A stretch of DNA of 64,000 bases. Source: an uncultured Haloferula sp. (GTDB taxonomy: Bacteria > Verrucomicrobiota > Verrucomicrobiia > Verrucomicrobiales > Akkermansiaceae). This document shows positions 53,290 to 62,954 of this stretch, piece after piece; position 1 is the stretch's first letter; each line of letters begins with the position of its first letter. Both the position numbers and the translations under genes were made by a program. The stretch spans positions 208,043 through 272,042 of the forward strand of contig CBFGTS010000006.1 in the NCBI GenBank assembly GCA_965652295.1. The letters are read 5' to 3'. Below the pieces are notes generated by a model. It was not told the DNA's origin. It worked only from the letters and a program-made list of their open reading frames with translations, and searched no databases.

Positions 53290-53829
53290 CTAGATTTTAC
53301 CCACCAGGTGGAAACGAATGCTCAGACCCGGCTTGACCGTCATCACCGCCATCGAGCGGATCACCGGCAGGCCGAAGTTCGTGTAGTCCATGCTCGCCGT
53401 GCCATCGATCGTGACCCAGTCGCCTTCCTTTTTCACCGTGTAGGGAAAGGCGATCGTCTTGCCCACGCCGTGGACCGTCAGGGTGCCCATCGCCAGATGT
53501 TCGCCACCCTCGTCCCAGGTTTTGATGAACTTAAAACTCCCGGCAGGCTTTCCGCCGCCCAGCCACTTGATCATCTCCCTGTCGCGATCCGCCTCGCCCG
53601 TTTTCAGATCATCGAAGGTCCACGCCAGCTCCAGGGCCTGCGGTTTCAGCGTCGCCGCATCCCCCCTGACTTTCGCCGTGTAGTCCTCCAGCGTCGCCGT
53701 GAACGCATGTCCGGTCGCCTTCGCATCCACTTGGATGCGGCTCCGGTTTTTATCGACCTTCATCGGTGCGGCATCCGCCGCAGCGCCCAGCATCAGCCCG
53801 CAAAGCGCGAGGCCGATCGATTTCGTCAT
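53290..53829 (-). CDS. YceI-family periplasmic (polyisoprenoid-binding) protein
   Basis: Signal peptide; LKTGEADRDREM, GTLTVHGVGK, DYTNFGL. Start may be up to 53898. Confidence 0.85.
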   Translation of the reverse strand: MTKSIGLALCGLMLGAAADAAPMKVDKNRSRIQVDAKATGHAFTATLEDYTAKVRGDAATLKPQALELAWTFDDLKTGEADRDREMIKWLGGGKPAGSFKFIKTWDEGGEHLAMGTLTVHGVGKTIAFPYTVKKEGDWVTIDGTASMDYTNFGLPVIRSMAVMTVKPGLSIRFHLVGKI

Positions 53830-53935
53830 CGCCTTTCCGGCACGCGGGTGCTTGTTCTCGCCAAGCATCCCGCAGGTGGTTTTCGTTTTCATTTCCATCT
53901 CGGGGTTCGTGTTTTCAGTTCAAAAATTCATCGCC

Positions 53936-54406
53936 ATGAAGATCCGGTCTTTGCTCGTTCTGCTTCTCGCCTTCCTCGCCCTCCCCTGCCTTGCCGAGCC
54001 CTACAAGCCCGGGCAGAAGATCGACGTCTTCTCGGCCCGTGACGCCGATAAGAAGGAGTTCACGCTCGATCCCTCCGGCACCCGCTACCTGCTCGTCAGC
54101 CATGACATGGAAACCGGCAAGGCGGCCAACAAGGCACTCGACGCCAAAGGTGCCGCCTACCTGCCCTCGAAGAAGGCGGTCTTCGTGGCGAACATCCACG
54201 GCATGCCCGGCATCGGCCGCATGTTCGCCCTGCCGAAGATGCGGAAATACGCCCACCGCATCATCCTCGGCGACGACGCCGCGATGATCGCCCGCTTCCC
54301 CCAGCAACAGGGAAAAGTGACCGTGCTCAAACTCGCGGGCGGCAAGGTCGCCTCGATCCAATATTGGAACCCCGCTTCCGAAGCGGTCGATGGCTACCTC
54401 AAGTGA
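53936..54406 (+). CDS. Secreted thioredoxin-like-fold hypothetical protein
   Basis: Signal peptide; FVANIHGMPGIGRMFALPKMRKY; strong codon bias. Confidence 0.7.
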   Translation: MKIRSLLVLLLAFLALPCLAEPYKPGQKIDVFSARDADKKEFTLDPSGTRYLLVSHDMETGKAANKALDAKGAAYLPSKKAVFVANIHGMPGIGRMFALPKMRKYAHRIILGDDAAMIARFPQQQGKVTVLKLAGGKVASIQYWNPASEAVDGYLK

Positions 54407-54548
54407 TCCGGCGGGCGCCGGCAGAAGGAAATCGGGTCGTGTGGGATGCTCCATGGCATGGGTGAAGGAAATCTGAAGGGAGGAAGCGGCTCCGGCCACA
54501 CAGGCCGGACCGGCACGCCCGCAGGAACGGGCGCTTCATCTCCGCTTA

Positions 54549-55064
54549 TCAGATCCGCATCACTCCACCCCGCCACGACGGCGGCCCGTCCCGCGGGCTC
54601 ACCGTGACCCGCGCAAGCACGTGTGATTCTTCCCGGAACTCCGGAGCCGGCACCGGCTCCGCTGTTTTCACAGAAAGCGCCCCGGTATCACCGGGATGTT
54701 CCGCAGCCATCTCCTCCGGATCCGGGCCGGCGGTTCCGCCGCCCCACCGCAAGTGGTGGTCGCCGCGTCCGGCCTCATCGGTGCCGACCATCAGCGTCTC
54801 CAGCAGGTTGTGGTGCCTCGGGCCACTCGTTGCCTCCGGGTGGTGCAGCGTCAGGACGAAAGCGCCACGCTCATCGATTTCGCAGCGGACATCGTGATTT
54901 CCGCTGCATCCGAAAAACGCCACCAAGCTGCCGAGCAAGCTCGGCAAAAAGGCCAGCGCCAACAGGATCATGCCCAGCCAAACCACCACCCCACCCCGCC
55001 CCGCACGAGCCCGGCTCCGGGCAAGGCCGGAGAGGCGCGGAAAGGTGGGGATCACCGGGTTCAT
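54549..55064 (-). CDS. Hypothetical membrane-anchored His-containing protein
   Basis: TM helix, then H/C-containing segments (NHDVRC, LHH, RHH, DHH). Confidence 0.5.
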   Translation of the reverse strand: MNPVIPTFPRLSGLARSRARAGRGGVVVWLGMILLALAFLPSLLGSLVAFFGCSGNHDVRCEIDERGAFVLTLHHPEATSGPRHHNLLETLMVGTDEAGRGDHHLRWGGGTAGPDPEEMAAEHPGDTGALSVKTAEPVPAPEFREESHVLARVTVSPRDGPPSWRGGVMRI

Positions 55065-55152
55065 ACAGCGGTAGCGACCGGACACTGCCGAATCGTTTAC
55101 AGCATCCGCATTTTTTTCAAGGCATCGCTCGTAACGGACACCACTACGGGAT

Positions 55153-56103
55153 TCACCCGCCCCCCGCCCCGACCCGCCAGCTCTCTCCGATCCTTCCCGT
55201 AAAAAACCCCTCCACTCCTGTGGCCGCCAGCCTCAGCGGCGGCTCCCCCAGCGGCTCATCGGTCAGGCGAAACGTGCCCCAGTGCATCCCCACCGCCCTC
55301 CGGCACCTGGTTTCATGGAAAACCCGCACCGCCTCCTCCGGAGTCATATGGACCGGCTCCATGAACCAGCGCGGCGCGTAGGCACCGATCGGGATCATCC
55401 CGAAATCCACCGGCCCCAGCCTTTCTCCAATCTCCCGGAATCCCGGTGTGTAACCGCTGTCCCCCCCATGCCATAGCGACACCCCGCCACCTTCCACCCG
55501 GAAGCCGCAACACCGCCCCCGTCCGCGATCGAACGGCGTCCGCGCCGTGACATGGCGCGCCGGGGTCGCGGTGATCCGCACCCCTGGCAGGACCTCGGCT
55601 TGACCGAACCACTCCAGCTCCGTCACTTGCGAAAACCCTTTCCGTTTCAGCCACCCCTCGTGCCCGTGGGCCACCACCAGCGGCAACCCGGTTCCCAGCG
55701 CCCGCAGGGTGGGAAGATCCAGATGATCGTAGTGCGTATGGGTCAGCAACACGGCATCGACCCTTCCCAATTCCCCGGCTCCGCATGCAGGCGGGGCCAA
55801 CCGTTTCATCCCTTTCATGGGAACAGGGGCGCAATGGGCGGAAAGCATCGGATCCACCACCAATCGCAACCCGCATCCTTCCAAAAGGAACGAGGCGTGA
55901 CCCAGCCAGGTCACGCGCCAACCGGACGACGGAGCTTCCTCGCGCACCCACGGCAGCACCTCCGCCGGAAGATCCGGAGCGGACGATGCAGGCTCCCGCG
56001 GACCGAGTCGGAGCTTCCATCGCAACACATCGCCCCAGCCCGGGCCTTTGCAGTGCCATGACTTGTCCAGACTCTCACCGTGGCCCCTTTCCCGCTCCAT
56101 CAT
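55153..56103 (-). CDS. MBL-fold metallo-hydrolase (NAPE-PLD/RomA-like)
   Basis: WLGHASF, THTHYDHLD, PARH, GGDSGY, PIGAYAPRWFM..VHM, MHWGTF. Confidence 0.9.
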   Translation of the reverse strand: MMERERGHGESLDKSWHCKGPGWGDVLRWKLRLGPREPASSAPDLPAEVLPWVREEAPSSGWRVTWLGHASFLLEGCGLRLVVDPMLSAHCAPVPMKGMKRLAPPACGAGELGRVDAVLLTHTHYDHLDLPTLRALGTGLPLVVAHGHEGWLKRKGFSQVTELEWFGQAEVLPGVRITATPARHVTARTPFDRGRGRCCGFRVEGGGVSLWHGGDSGYTPGFREIGERLGPVDFGMIPIGAYAPRWFMEPVHMTPEEAVRVFHETRCRRAVGMHWGTFRLTDEPLGEPPLRLAATGVEGFFTGRIGESWRVGAGGG

Positions 56104-56167
56104 TCCTTGCGCAGCCTGGAATCCAGACGACCCGGTGCGCAAGCGCCGCGATGACCGCCGGTGTCGC

Positions 56168-57559
56168 TCAGAACGAGCCCGTCATCTCCGAGGGCACGAC
56201 CCATTGATCGAACTGCTCCGCCGTCAACAGACCCTGCGCCAGCGCCGCTTCCTTCAGTGAAACGCCTTCCGCATGCGCCTTCTTCGCGATCTTCGCCGCG
56301 TTGTCGTAGCCGATGTGGCGGTTGAGCGCGGTGACGAGCATCAAGGAATTCCGCAGGTGCTCGTCGATGCGCGCCTGGTTCGGTTCGATCCCGACGGCGC
56401 AACGGTCGTTGAAAGCCGCGCAGGCATCGGCCAGAAGCGAGGCCGATTGGAGAAACGCGTGAATCATCACCGGCTTGAACACGTTCAGCTCGAAGTGCCC
56501 GTTCGAGCCGGCAATGCCGATCGTGACATCGTTGCCCATCACCTGCGCGCACACCATCGTCAGTGCCTCGACCTGAGTCGGGTTGACCTTGCCCGGCATG
56601 ATGGACGAGCCGGGCTCGTTCGCCGGGATCAGGATTTCTCCGATACCGGACCGCGGACCCGATGCCAGCAGGCGGACGTCGTTGGCGATCTTCATCAGGC
56701 TCACCGCGAGCTGCTTCAGCGCCCCGTGCGAGGCCACGAGCGCATCGTGCGCGGCGAGCGATTCGAACTTGTTCGGAGCGGTCACAAATGGATGCCCCGT
56801 CAGCTCCGCGATCTTCGCCGCCACTTTTTCGGCGTATCCAGCTGGCGCGTTAAGCCCGGTGCCCACGGCCGTGCCGCCGAGCGCGAGTTCGGAAAGATGG
56901 TCGAGCGACCGCTCCAGCGCACGCAATCCGTGGTCGAGCTGCGCCACGTATCCGGAAAACTCCTGCCCGAGGGTCAAAGGGGTGGCGTCCATCCAATGGG
57001 TGCGCCCGATCTTCACCACGCTTCTCATCGCCTCCGATTTCGCTGCCAGCGTGTCGCGCAACCCGCGCACCTTCGGCAGCGTCTGCTCCACCAGCACCTT
57101 GTAGCCGGCGATGTGCATGGCGGTGGGAAAGGTGTCGTTCGAGGACTGCGACTTGTTCACGTCGTCATTCGGATGAATGTCCGGCTTGCCGCTGCCGAGT
57201 TCATGACCCGCCAGGACGTGGGCGCGGTTGGAGATCACCTCGTTGGCATTCATGTTGGACTGCGTGCCGGAGCCCGTTTGCCAGATGACGAGCGGGAAAT
57301 GATCGTCCAGCTCGCCGGCGATGATTTCGTTGCACACCTCCGCGATCCGCTCCGCTTTCTCCGCCGGGAGAACTCCCAACTCCGCGTTCGTCAGCGCGGC
57401 CGCCTTCTTGAGATAACCGAACGCGCGCACGATCCCGACCGGCATCGAAGCCGGCGGGCCGATGGGAAAGTTCGTGATCGAGCGCTGCGTCTGCGCCCCC
57501 CAATATTTGTCGTCGGGCACTTCCACCGTGCCCATCGTGTCGCTTTCCGGCCGGGTCAT
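56168..57559 (-). CDS. fumC: Class II fumarate hydratase
   Basis: [46 protein letters not shown]. Confidence 0.97.
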   Translation of the reverse strand: MTRPESDTMGTVEVPDDKYWGAQTQRSITNFPIGPPASMPVGIVRAFGYLKKAAALTNAELGVLPAEKAERIAEVCNEIIAGELDDHFPLVIWQTGSGTQSNMNANEVISNRAHVLAGHELGSGKPDIHPNDDVNKSQSSNDTFPTAMHIAGYKVLVEQTLPKVRGLRDTLAAKSEAMRSVVKIGRTHWMDATPLTLGQEFSGYVAQLDHGLRALERSLDHLSELALGGTAVGTGLNAPAGYAEKVAAKIAELTGHPFVTAPNKFESLAAHDALVASHGALKQLAVSLMKIANDVRLLASGPRSGIGEILIPANEPGSSIMPGKVNPTQVEALTMVCAQVMGNDVTIGIAGSNGHFELNVFKPVMIHAFLQSASLLADACAAFNDRCAVGIEPNQARIDEHLRNSLMLVTALNRHIGYDNAAKIAKKAHAEGVSLKEAALAQGLLTAEQFDQWVVPSEMTGSF

Positions 57560-57670
57560 GCTGGCACTATACCCGAGCCTACCCGGGGCACGAGCGCCGG
57601 CTTTCTCAGCGGATCCTCGCCAGCCACCAGAATGTCGGGAGCAGGACGATGGCAAAGAAAGCCGTCACCA

Positions 57671-57830
57671 TCAGCTTGAGGCCGCGCGGAACCACCAGAT
57701 CGCCGAGCCCGCGAGAATACCTCCGGCGAGAAACAACCCCGCAGCCGTCCAAACGAGCTTGGTGGCCAAGCCTCCGAAGCGACCGAAATGCAGCGGGTTG
57801 ACCCGCGATTCGAGCCGCAGCCTCCGAACG
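57671..57830 (-). pseudogene. C-terminal remnant of a PepSY-associated TM protein
   Basis: PLHFGRFGGLATKLVWTAAGL...GSAIWW matches the PepSY_TM C-terminal pattern; there is no N-terminal part. Confidence 0.65.
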
Positions 57831-57895
57831 CAGCCAACCTCATCGCCCGCTCGCAAAAACCGTTGCCATTTCAGCCGCTTCGCCCCAAAAGCCTC

Positions 57896-57912
57896 TTGCG
57901 ACAGCGTCGCAA
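57896..57912. promoter_or_regulatory. Palindrome TTGCGAC-AGC-GTCGCAA upstream of the PepSY operon
   Basis: Same arms as 40558-40572; 11 bp before the ATG. Confidence 0.6.
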
Positions 57913-57923
57913 TAGCGATTTTC

Positions 57924-58568
57924 ATGAGCGTGAGCCCATCCAACTCTGCCAAGAAACGCCGCAAGGCGTTTTGGACCAAGCAGTTCTATGCCTGGCACTG
58001 GATCAGCAGCGCGATCAGCCTCGCCGGCATCCTGCTTTTCGCAATCACCGGCATCACGCTCAACCACGCCGCCGACATCCCCGCAAAACCGGACGTCACC
58101 CGCCTTTCGCCGAAAATCCCGGCCGGGCTTGAGAAAACGATCGCCGCCGAAGAAGGCGCGCCTGATCGCGAGGCACCGCTGCCCGATGAGCTGGCGAAAT
58201 GGCTCGGCCGCGAACTGCGGACACCGATCAAGGGCAAAGCCGCCGAGTGGACCGAATATGAGATCTACCTGAGCCTGCCGCGCCCCGGCGGGGACGCCTG
58301 GCTCGCCATTGATCGGGAAACCGCCGAGGTCAGCTACGAACTCACCCGGCGCGGGGCCATCTCCTACCTCAACGACCTCCACAAAGGCCGCCACACCGGA
58401 ACCGTCTGGGCGTGGTTCATCGATATCTTCTCGGTCGCCACCATCATCTTCTCCCTCACCGGTCTCGCGCTCCTCTGGGTCCACTCCCGCCGCCGCCCCT
58501 CCACCTGGCCCATCGTCGCCGCCGGTGTGCTCCTCCCCATCGTTCTCATCATCTTCTTCGTTCACTGA
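57924..58568 (+). CDS. PepSY-associated TM helix protein
   Basis: WHWISSA..LFAITGITLNH, LPRPGGDAW, LNDLHKGRHTG..W.WFIDIF. Confidence 0.9.
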   Translation: MSVSPSNSAKKRRKAFWTKQFYAWHWISSAISLAGILLFAITGITLNHAADIPAKPDVTRLSPKIPAGLEKTIAAEEGAPDREAPLPDELAKWLGRELRTPIKGKAAEWTEYEIYLSLPRPGGDAWLAIDRETAEVSYELTRRGAISYLNDLHKGRHTGTVWAWFIDIFSVATIIFSLTGLALLWVHSRRRPSTWPIVAAGVLLPIVLIIFFVH

Positions 58569-58589
58569 GCTACTCTCCCACTCCCACCC

Positions 58590-59090
58590 ATGAAACGCCT
58601 CGCCCTCCTCATCCCCGCCGCCGGTGCCGGTGCCGCGGATCTCGAACTTTCCATCGAGATCCCGCGTCTCGACGTCGCCGAATACCACCGCCCCTACGTC
58701 GCCGCCTGGATTGAAAAACCCGACCGCTCCGTCGCCGCCGACCTGACCGTCTGGTACGACGTGAAGATGAAGGATCAGGAGGGCGAGAAGTGGCTCAAGG
58801 ACCTCCGCCAGTGGTGGCGCAAGTCCGGCCGCTCAAAGGACCTCCCTCTCGATGGCCTCAGCAGCCCCACCCGGCCCGTCGGCACCCATTCCGTGAAATC
58901 GACCGCCCTCGACCTCCCGGTGCTGACCGAGGGCGAATACACCCTCGTCGTCGAAGCCTCGCGCGAAGTCGGCGGCCGCGAACTCATCAAGATCCCCTTC
59001 ACATGGGACGGCGAAACCGCCGTCTCCTCCCAAGCCGCGGGTAAAACCGAACTCGGAGAAATCACCCTGTCCATCCAATCCCAACCCTGA
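58590..59090 (+). CDS. DUF2271-family protein
   Basis: IPRLDVAEYHRPYVAAWIE, KWLKDLRQWWR, VEASREVGGRE. Confidence 0.88.
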   Translation: MKRLALLIPAAGAGAADLELSIEIPRLDVAEYHRPYVAAWIEKPDRSVAADLTVWYDVKMKDQEGEKWLKDLRQWWRKSGRSKDLPLDGLSSPTRPVGTHSVKSTALDLPVLTEGEYTLVVEASREVGGRELIKIPFTWDGETAVSSQAAGKTELGEITLSIQSQP

Positions 59091-59095
59091 CTTCC

Positions 59096-59887
59096 ATGAA
59101 ACACCTCCTCATCCTCACCGCCCTCCTTGCCGCCCAGCCCGCCCTCGCCCACCGCTTCTGGATCGTTCCCTCCAGCACCGTCCTTTCCGGCGAGGACCCG
59201 TGGGTCTGCTTCGACGCCGCCGTTTCCAACGACCTCTTCTTCCCCAATCACCACGCACCCGCCCTCGATGTCTTCACCGCCACCGCGCCCGATGGCTCGA
59301 AGCTCGAACTCAAGAATGGGCAGGTCGGCAAATTCCGCACCACCTTCGATCTCCAGCTCGAAAAACCCGGCACCTATCGCATTGCCACCGTCCGCTCGCT
59401 GATTTTCGCGCGCTGGGAGGAAAACGGCGAACGCCAGGGCTGGCGTGGCCCAGCGGAGGATCTCGGCGACGTGAAGGACAAGCCCGGCGTCACCCTCATG
59501 GCCAACCGTTCCCGCGTCGAAACCTTCGTCACCGCCGGTGAGCCGACCACCCCCACCCCCACCGGCGAGGGCCTCGAACTCGACTTCACCGAAACCCACC
59601 CGAACGACCTCTACGCCGGCGAGCCCGCCACCTTCACCCTCCACCACAACGGCAAGCCCGCCGCCGGAGTCGAGGTGACCGTCATCAAGGGCGACGACCG
59701 CTACCGCAACGAAGTCGGCGAAATCAAAGTGACCACCGGCGAGGACGGCACCTTCCAGGTGACCTGGCCCGAGGCCGGCCGCTACTGGCTCAACGCCTCA
59801 CTTGAGGGCGGCACCACCGAGGTCCAGGGCATGCAGGCCGACAACCGCTCCGCCTACACCGCTACCTTCGAGGTCCTGCCCGAGTGA
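59096..59887 (+). CDS. DUF4198-family periplasmic protein
   Basis: AHRFWIVPSST, DAAVSNDLF, HPNDL..GEPATF. Confidence 0.88.
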   Translation: MKHLLILTALLAAQPALAHRFWIVPSSTVLSGEDPWVCFDAAVSNDLFFPNHHAPALDVFTATAPDGSKLELKNGQVGKFRTTFDLQLEKPGTYRIATVRSLIFARWEENGERQGWRGPAEDLGDVKDKPGVTLMANRSRVETFVTAGEPTTPTPTGEGLELDFTETHPNDLYAGEPATFTLHHNGKPAAGVEVTVIKGDDRYRNEVGEIKVTTGEDGTFQVTWPEAGRYWLNASLEGGTTEVQGMQADNRSAYTATFEVLPE

Positions 59888-60876
59888 CCCGCGACCGACA
59901 GGTGCTCATTCCTCCGCACGTCGCGCAGGGCGACCTCCGCGGGGCTGGTTCCGGCCTCCCGGTGCGGCAGACACACGGCGAGGCGATGGGCACCACCTGG
60001 CGGCTCCGTTTCCAGGCGGAGTCGTCCGTGTCCACCGACACCGTCCACCGCGCCGTCGACAGCGCCATCGCCCTCGTCGTCCGCGAAATGAGCCACTGGG
60101 ACCCCGCGTCCCACCTCGGTCGCTTCAACCGCGCCGCCCCCGGCACCTGGCAGCAGCTGCCGGAGAATTTCTTCCACGTCCTCCAGCGCGCCGTCGAAAT
60201 CGCCGACCGCAGCGAAGGCGGCTACGACCCCACCCTCGGCCGCCTCGTCGATCTCCACGGCTTCGGCCCGCCCGGTCCGGTCGGCTCTCCTCCTGACCAG
60301 GAGGAAATCCACGACGCCCGCCGTACTTCCGGTTTCCGCCGGCTCGTCCTCGATCCCCCCTCCCGCTCCGCCCTCCAGCCCGGCGGCGTCCAGCTCGACC
60401 TTTCCTCCATCGCCAAAGGCCATGCCGTTGATCTCGCCAGCCGCGCGCTGCTCGACCACGGCGTCTCCGACTTCGTCCTCGAAATCGGCGGCGAAGTCCG
60501 CGGCCACGGCTGCAAGCCAGATGGCCAACCGTGGTGGGTCGAAATCGAGACTCCGCCCGATCTCCCCGAAACGATCATCGCCCTCTGCGGCCTGTCCCTC
60601 GCCACCTCCGGCATCACCTACCGGAAATCGGGGAACGCCAGCCATCTCATCGACCCCGCCACCGGCGCGCCTACGATAAACGCCGTACTCAGCGTTTCCG
60701 TCGTCGCCCCCGCCTGCATCGAGGCCGACGCCTGGGCCACCGCCCTCCACCTCGCCGGCTCCGAGCGCGGCCCCGCCCTCGCCGAAAAACACGGCCTCGC
60801 CGCCCTGTTCATCATCCGCACCGCCGATGGGCACCGGCAGGTGCTTTCACCGGCCTGCCAATCGCTCCTCGACTAG
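59884..60876 (+). CDS. apbE: FAD:protein FMN transferase
   Basis: MGTTW, MSHW, YDPTLG.LVDL.GFG, LDLSSIAKG, EIGGE, ATSG, HLIDP.TG, ADAWATAL. Confidence 0.93.
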   Translation: MTRDRQVLIPPHVAQGDLRGAGSGLPVRQTHGEAMGTTWRLRFQAESSVSTDTVHRAVDSAIALVVREMSHWDPASHLGRFNRAAPGTWQQLPENFFHVLQRAVEIADRSEGGYDPTLGRLVDLHGFGPPGPVGSPPDQEEIHDARRTSGFRRLVLDPPSRSALQPGGVQLDLSSIAKGHAVDLASRALLDHGVSDFVLEIGGEVRGHGCKPDGQPWWVEIETPPDLPETIIALCGLSLATSGITYRKSGNASHLIDPATGAPTINAVLSVSVVAPACIEADAWATALHLAGSERGPALAEKHGLAALFIIRTADGHRQVLSPACQSLLD

Positions 60877-60883
60877 CTCGCCC

Positions 60884-60936
60884 CACCTGTCAGTGGCATG
60901 ACCGCGTGCCCCGACCTGTCGGTGGTCCCGGTCATG
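60884..60936. repeat. REP-like palindrome family C, copy 2 (partial further arm near 61003-61028)
   Basis: Reverse complement of 52298-52350 with 3 mismatches. Confidence 0.8.
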
Positions 60937-61105
60937 AGCGGAAGGACCGGTTTCGGGCCGCAAGACGTTGCATCCCAGAGAGGCGGTACGAGCTGCATCC
61001 TTCATGCCCGGGACGGTCATGCCTCTGATAGAGAGAACCTGCTGATCCGGGTTGTCCGACTTCCCCCTCGACAAATCCCGTCTCCTCGCGCATTCCTCGG
61101 TCCAG

Positions 61106-61171
61106 ATGACTCTCATCCTCAGCGGACGACTTGAACTGACCGCCCTCCTTCTAGGGCTGGCCACCCGCTGA
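61106..61171 (+). CDS. Leucine attenuator leader peptide MTLILSGRLELTALLLGLATR
   Basis: 8 of 21 codons are Leu, including a CTC-CTT-CTA run; about 100 bp upstream of leuA. Confidence 0.75.
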   Translation: MTLILSGRLELTALLLGLATR

Positions 61172-61273
61172 GTATTCCTTTTTCCTACCCGCCGTCTCTC
61201 CGGCCGCCGCGCATTCCGCGGCCTCCTTCGGGATTTTCCACTTTCCACTTTCTCCTTTTTACTTTTCACGCTC

Positions 61274-62950
61274 ATGAACCCCGCCTCGACCGCCAAATAC
61301 CGGCCCTTCCCGCCGGTCGACCTGCCCGACCGCACCTGGCCCGACCAGGTCATCGACCACGCTCCCATCTGGTGCTCCGTCGACCTCCGCGACGGCAACC
61401 AGGCGCTCCCCCAACCGATGTCGATCGAGGAAAAGCTCGAGTTCTTCGACCTGCTGTGCCGCGTTGGCTTCAAGCAGATCGAGATCGGTTTCCCCTCCGC
61501 CGCCGACACCGAATTCAACTTCTGTCGCCGCCTGATCGAGGAGGGCCGCATCCCGGACGACGTCACCATCCAGATCCTGGTCCAGACCCGCGACCACCTG
61601 ATCCGCCGCTCCTTCCAGGCCATCGCCGGGGCGAAGCGGGCCATCGTCCACATCTACAACTCCACCTCCCCGCTCCAGCGCCGCGTCACCTTCGGCGATG
61701 CCACCCGCGAGCAGATCCGCGACATCGCGGTGGCTGGCGCGAAGCTGGTCAAGGAGCTCGTTCCGACCATCCCGCAGACCGAGGTCGTGCTTCAATACTC
61801 GCCCGAATCCTTCTCCGATACCGAGCTGGATTTCGCCGCCGAGTGCTGCAACGCCGTCATCGACGTCTGGCAGCCGACGCCAGAGAAGAAGATGATCATC
61901 AACCTGCCGGACACCGTCCAGTGGGCCACTCCCAACGTCCACGCCGACCAAATCGAGTGGATGGGCCGTCATTTGAAAAACCGCGAGTCCCTGTGGATCT
62001 CGCTGCACACCCACAACGACCGCGGCACCGGCACCGCCGCCACCGAGCTGGGCCTGATGGCCGGGGCCGACCGCGTGGAAGGCACCCTCTTCGGCAACGG
62101 CGAACGCACCGGCAATCTCGACATCGTCAACGTGGCGCTGAACATGAACAGCCACGGCATCGACACCGGCCTGGATTTCTCCGACCTGCCCTCCATCCGC
62201 GCCGTTTACGAACGCGTCACCCGCATGACCGTGGGCGAACGCCAGCCCTACGCCGGCGAACTGGTTTTCACCGCCTTCTCCGGCTCCCACCAGGACGCCA
62301 TCAAGAAAGGCCTCGACCGCCGCGAGCGCGAGAAAGCGCCCGATCTGCCGTGGGGTGTTCCCTATTTGACCATCGATCCCCAGGACATCGGCCGTTCCTA
62401 CGAAGCCATCATCCGCATCAACTCCCAGTCCGGAAAAGGTGGCGTCGCCTACATCCTCGATCGCGAGCACGGCCTCGATCTGCCGAAAACCATGCACCCG
62501 CAGGTTGGCAAGACCATCTACGACCTCGCCGACCAGCAGGGCCGCGAGCTGACGCCCGATGAAATCCGCGACGCGTTCTACGAACTCTTCGCCAACGTCG
62601 AGACCCACCTCTCGGTGACCGACTACGAGCTGGTCCACTCCGCCACGGAAAAGGGCCGCGTCGAATGTACGGCAACCATCGTATTGGACGGTGACATCAG
62701 GACGATCCGGGGCTCCGGCAACGGCCCGATCAACGCCTTCGTCCACGCCATGGAAAACGCCGGCCTTAAGGACGTGAAAGTCACCGACTACCGTTCCCAC
62801 GCGATCCGCGGTGGCTCGGACGCCAGCGCGGCGGCCTACGTCCAGGTCCAGCACGATGACGGCCGCATCCTCTGGGGCTGCGGCATCGATCCCAGCATCG
62901 AAATGGCCGGCCTCAAGGCCCTCGTCACCGCCTGGAACCTCTTGCGGTGA
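61274..62950 (+). CDS. leuA: 2-isopropylmalate synthase
   Basis: WCSVDLRDGNQAL, YSPESF, SLHTHNDRG, GNGERTGN, FSGSHQDAI, INSQSGKGG, GNGPINAF. Confidence 0.97.
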   Translation: MNPASTAKYRPFPPVDLPDRTWPDQVIDHAPIWCSVDLRDGNQALPQPMSIEEKLEFFDLLCRVGFKQIEIGFPSAADTEFNFCRRLIEEGRIPDDVTIQILVQTRDHLIRRSFQAIAGAKRAIVHIYNSTSPLQRRVTFGDATREQIRDIAVAGAKLVKELVPTIPQTEVVLQYSPESFSDTELDFAAECCNAVIDVWQPTPEKKMIINLPDTVQWATPNVHADQIEWMGRHLKNRESLWISLHTHNDRGTGTAATELGLMAGADRVEGTLFGNGERTGNLDIVNVALNMNSHGIDTGLDFSDLPSIRAVYERVTRMTVGERQPYAGELVFTAFSGSHQDAIKKGLDRREREKAPDLPWGVPYLTIDPQDIGRSYEAIIRINSQSGKGGVAYILDREHGLDLPKTMHPQVGKTIYDLADQQGRELTPDEIRDAFYELFANVETHLSVTDYELVHSATEKGRVECTATIVLDGDIRTIRGSGNGPINAFVHAMENAGLKDVKVTDYRSHAIRGGSDASAAAYVQVQHDDGRILWGCGIDPSIEMAGLKALVTAWNLLR

Positions 62951-62954
62951 TTTC

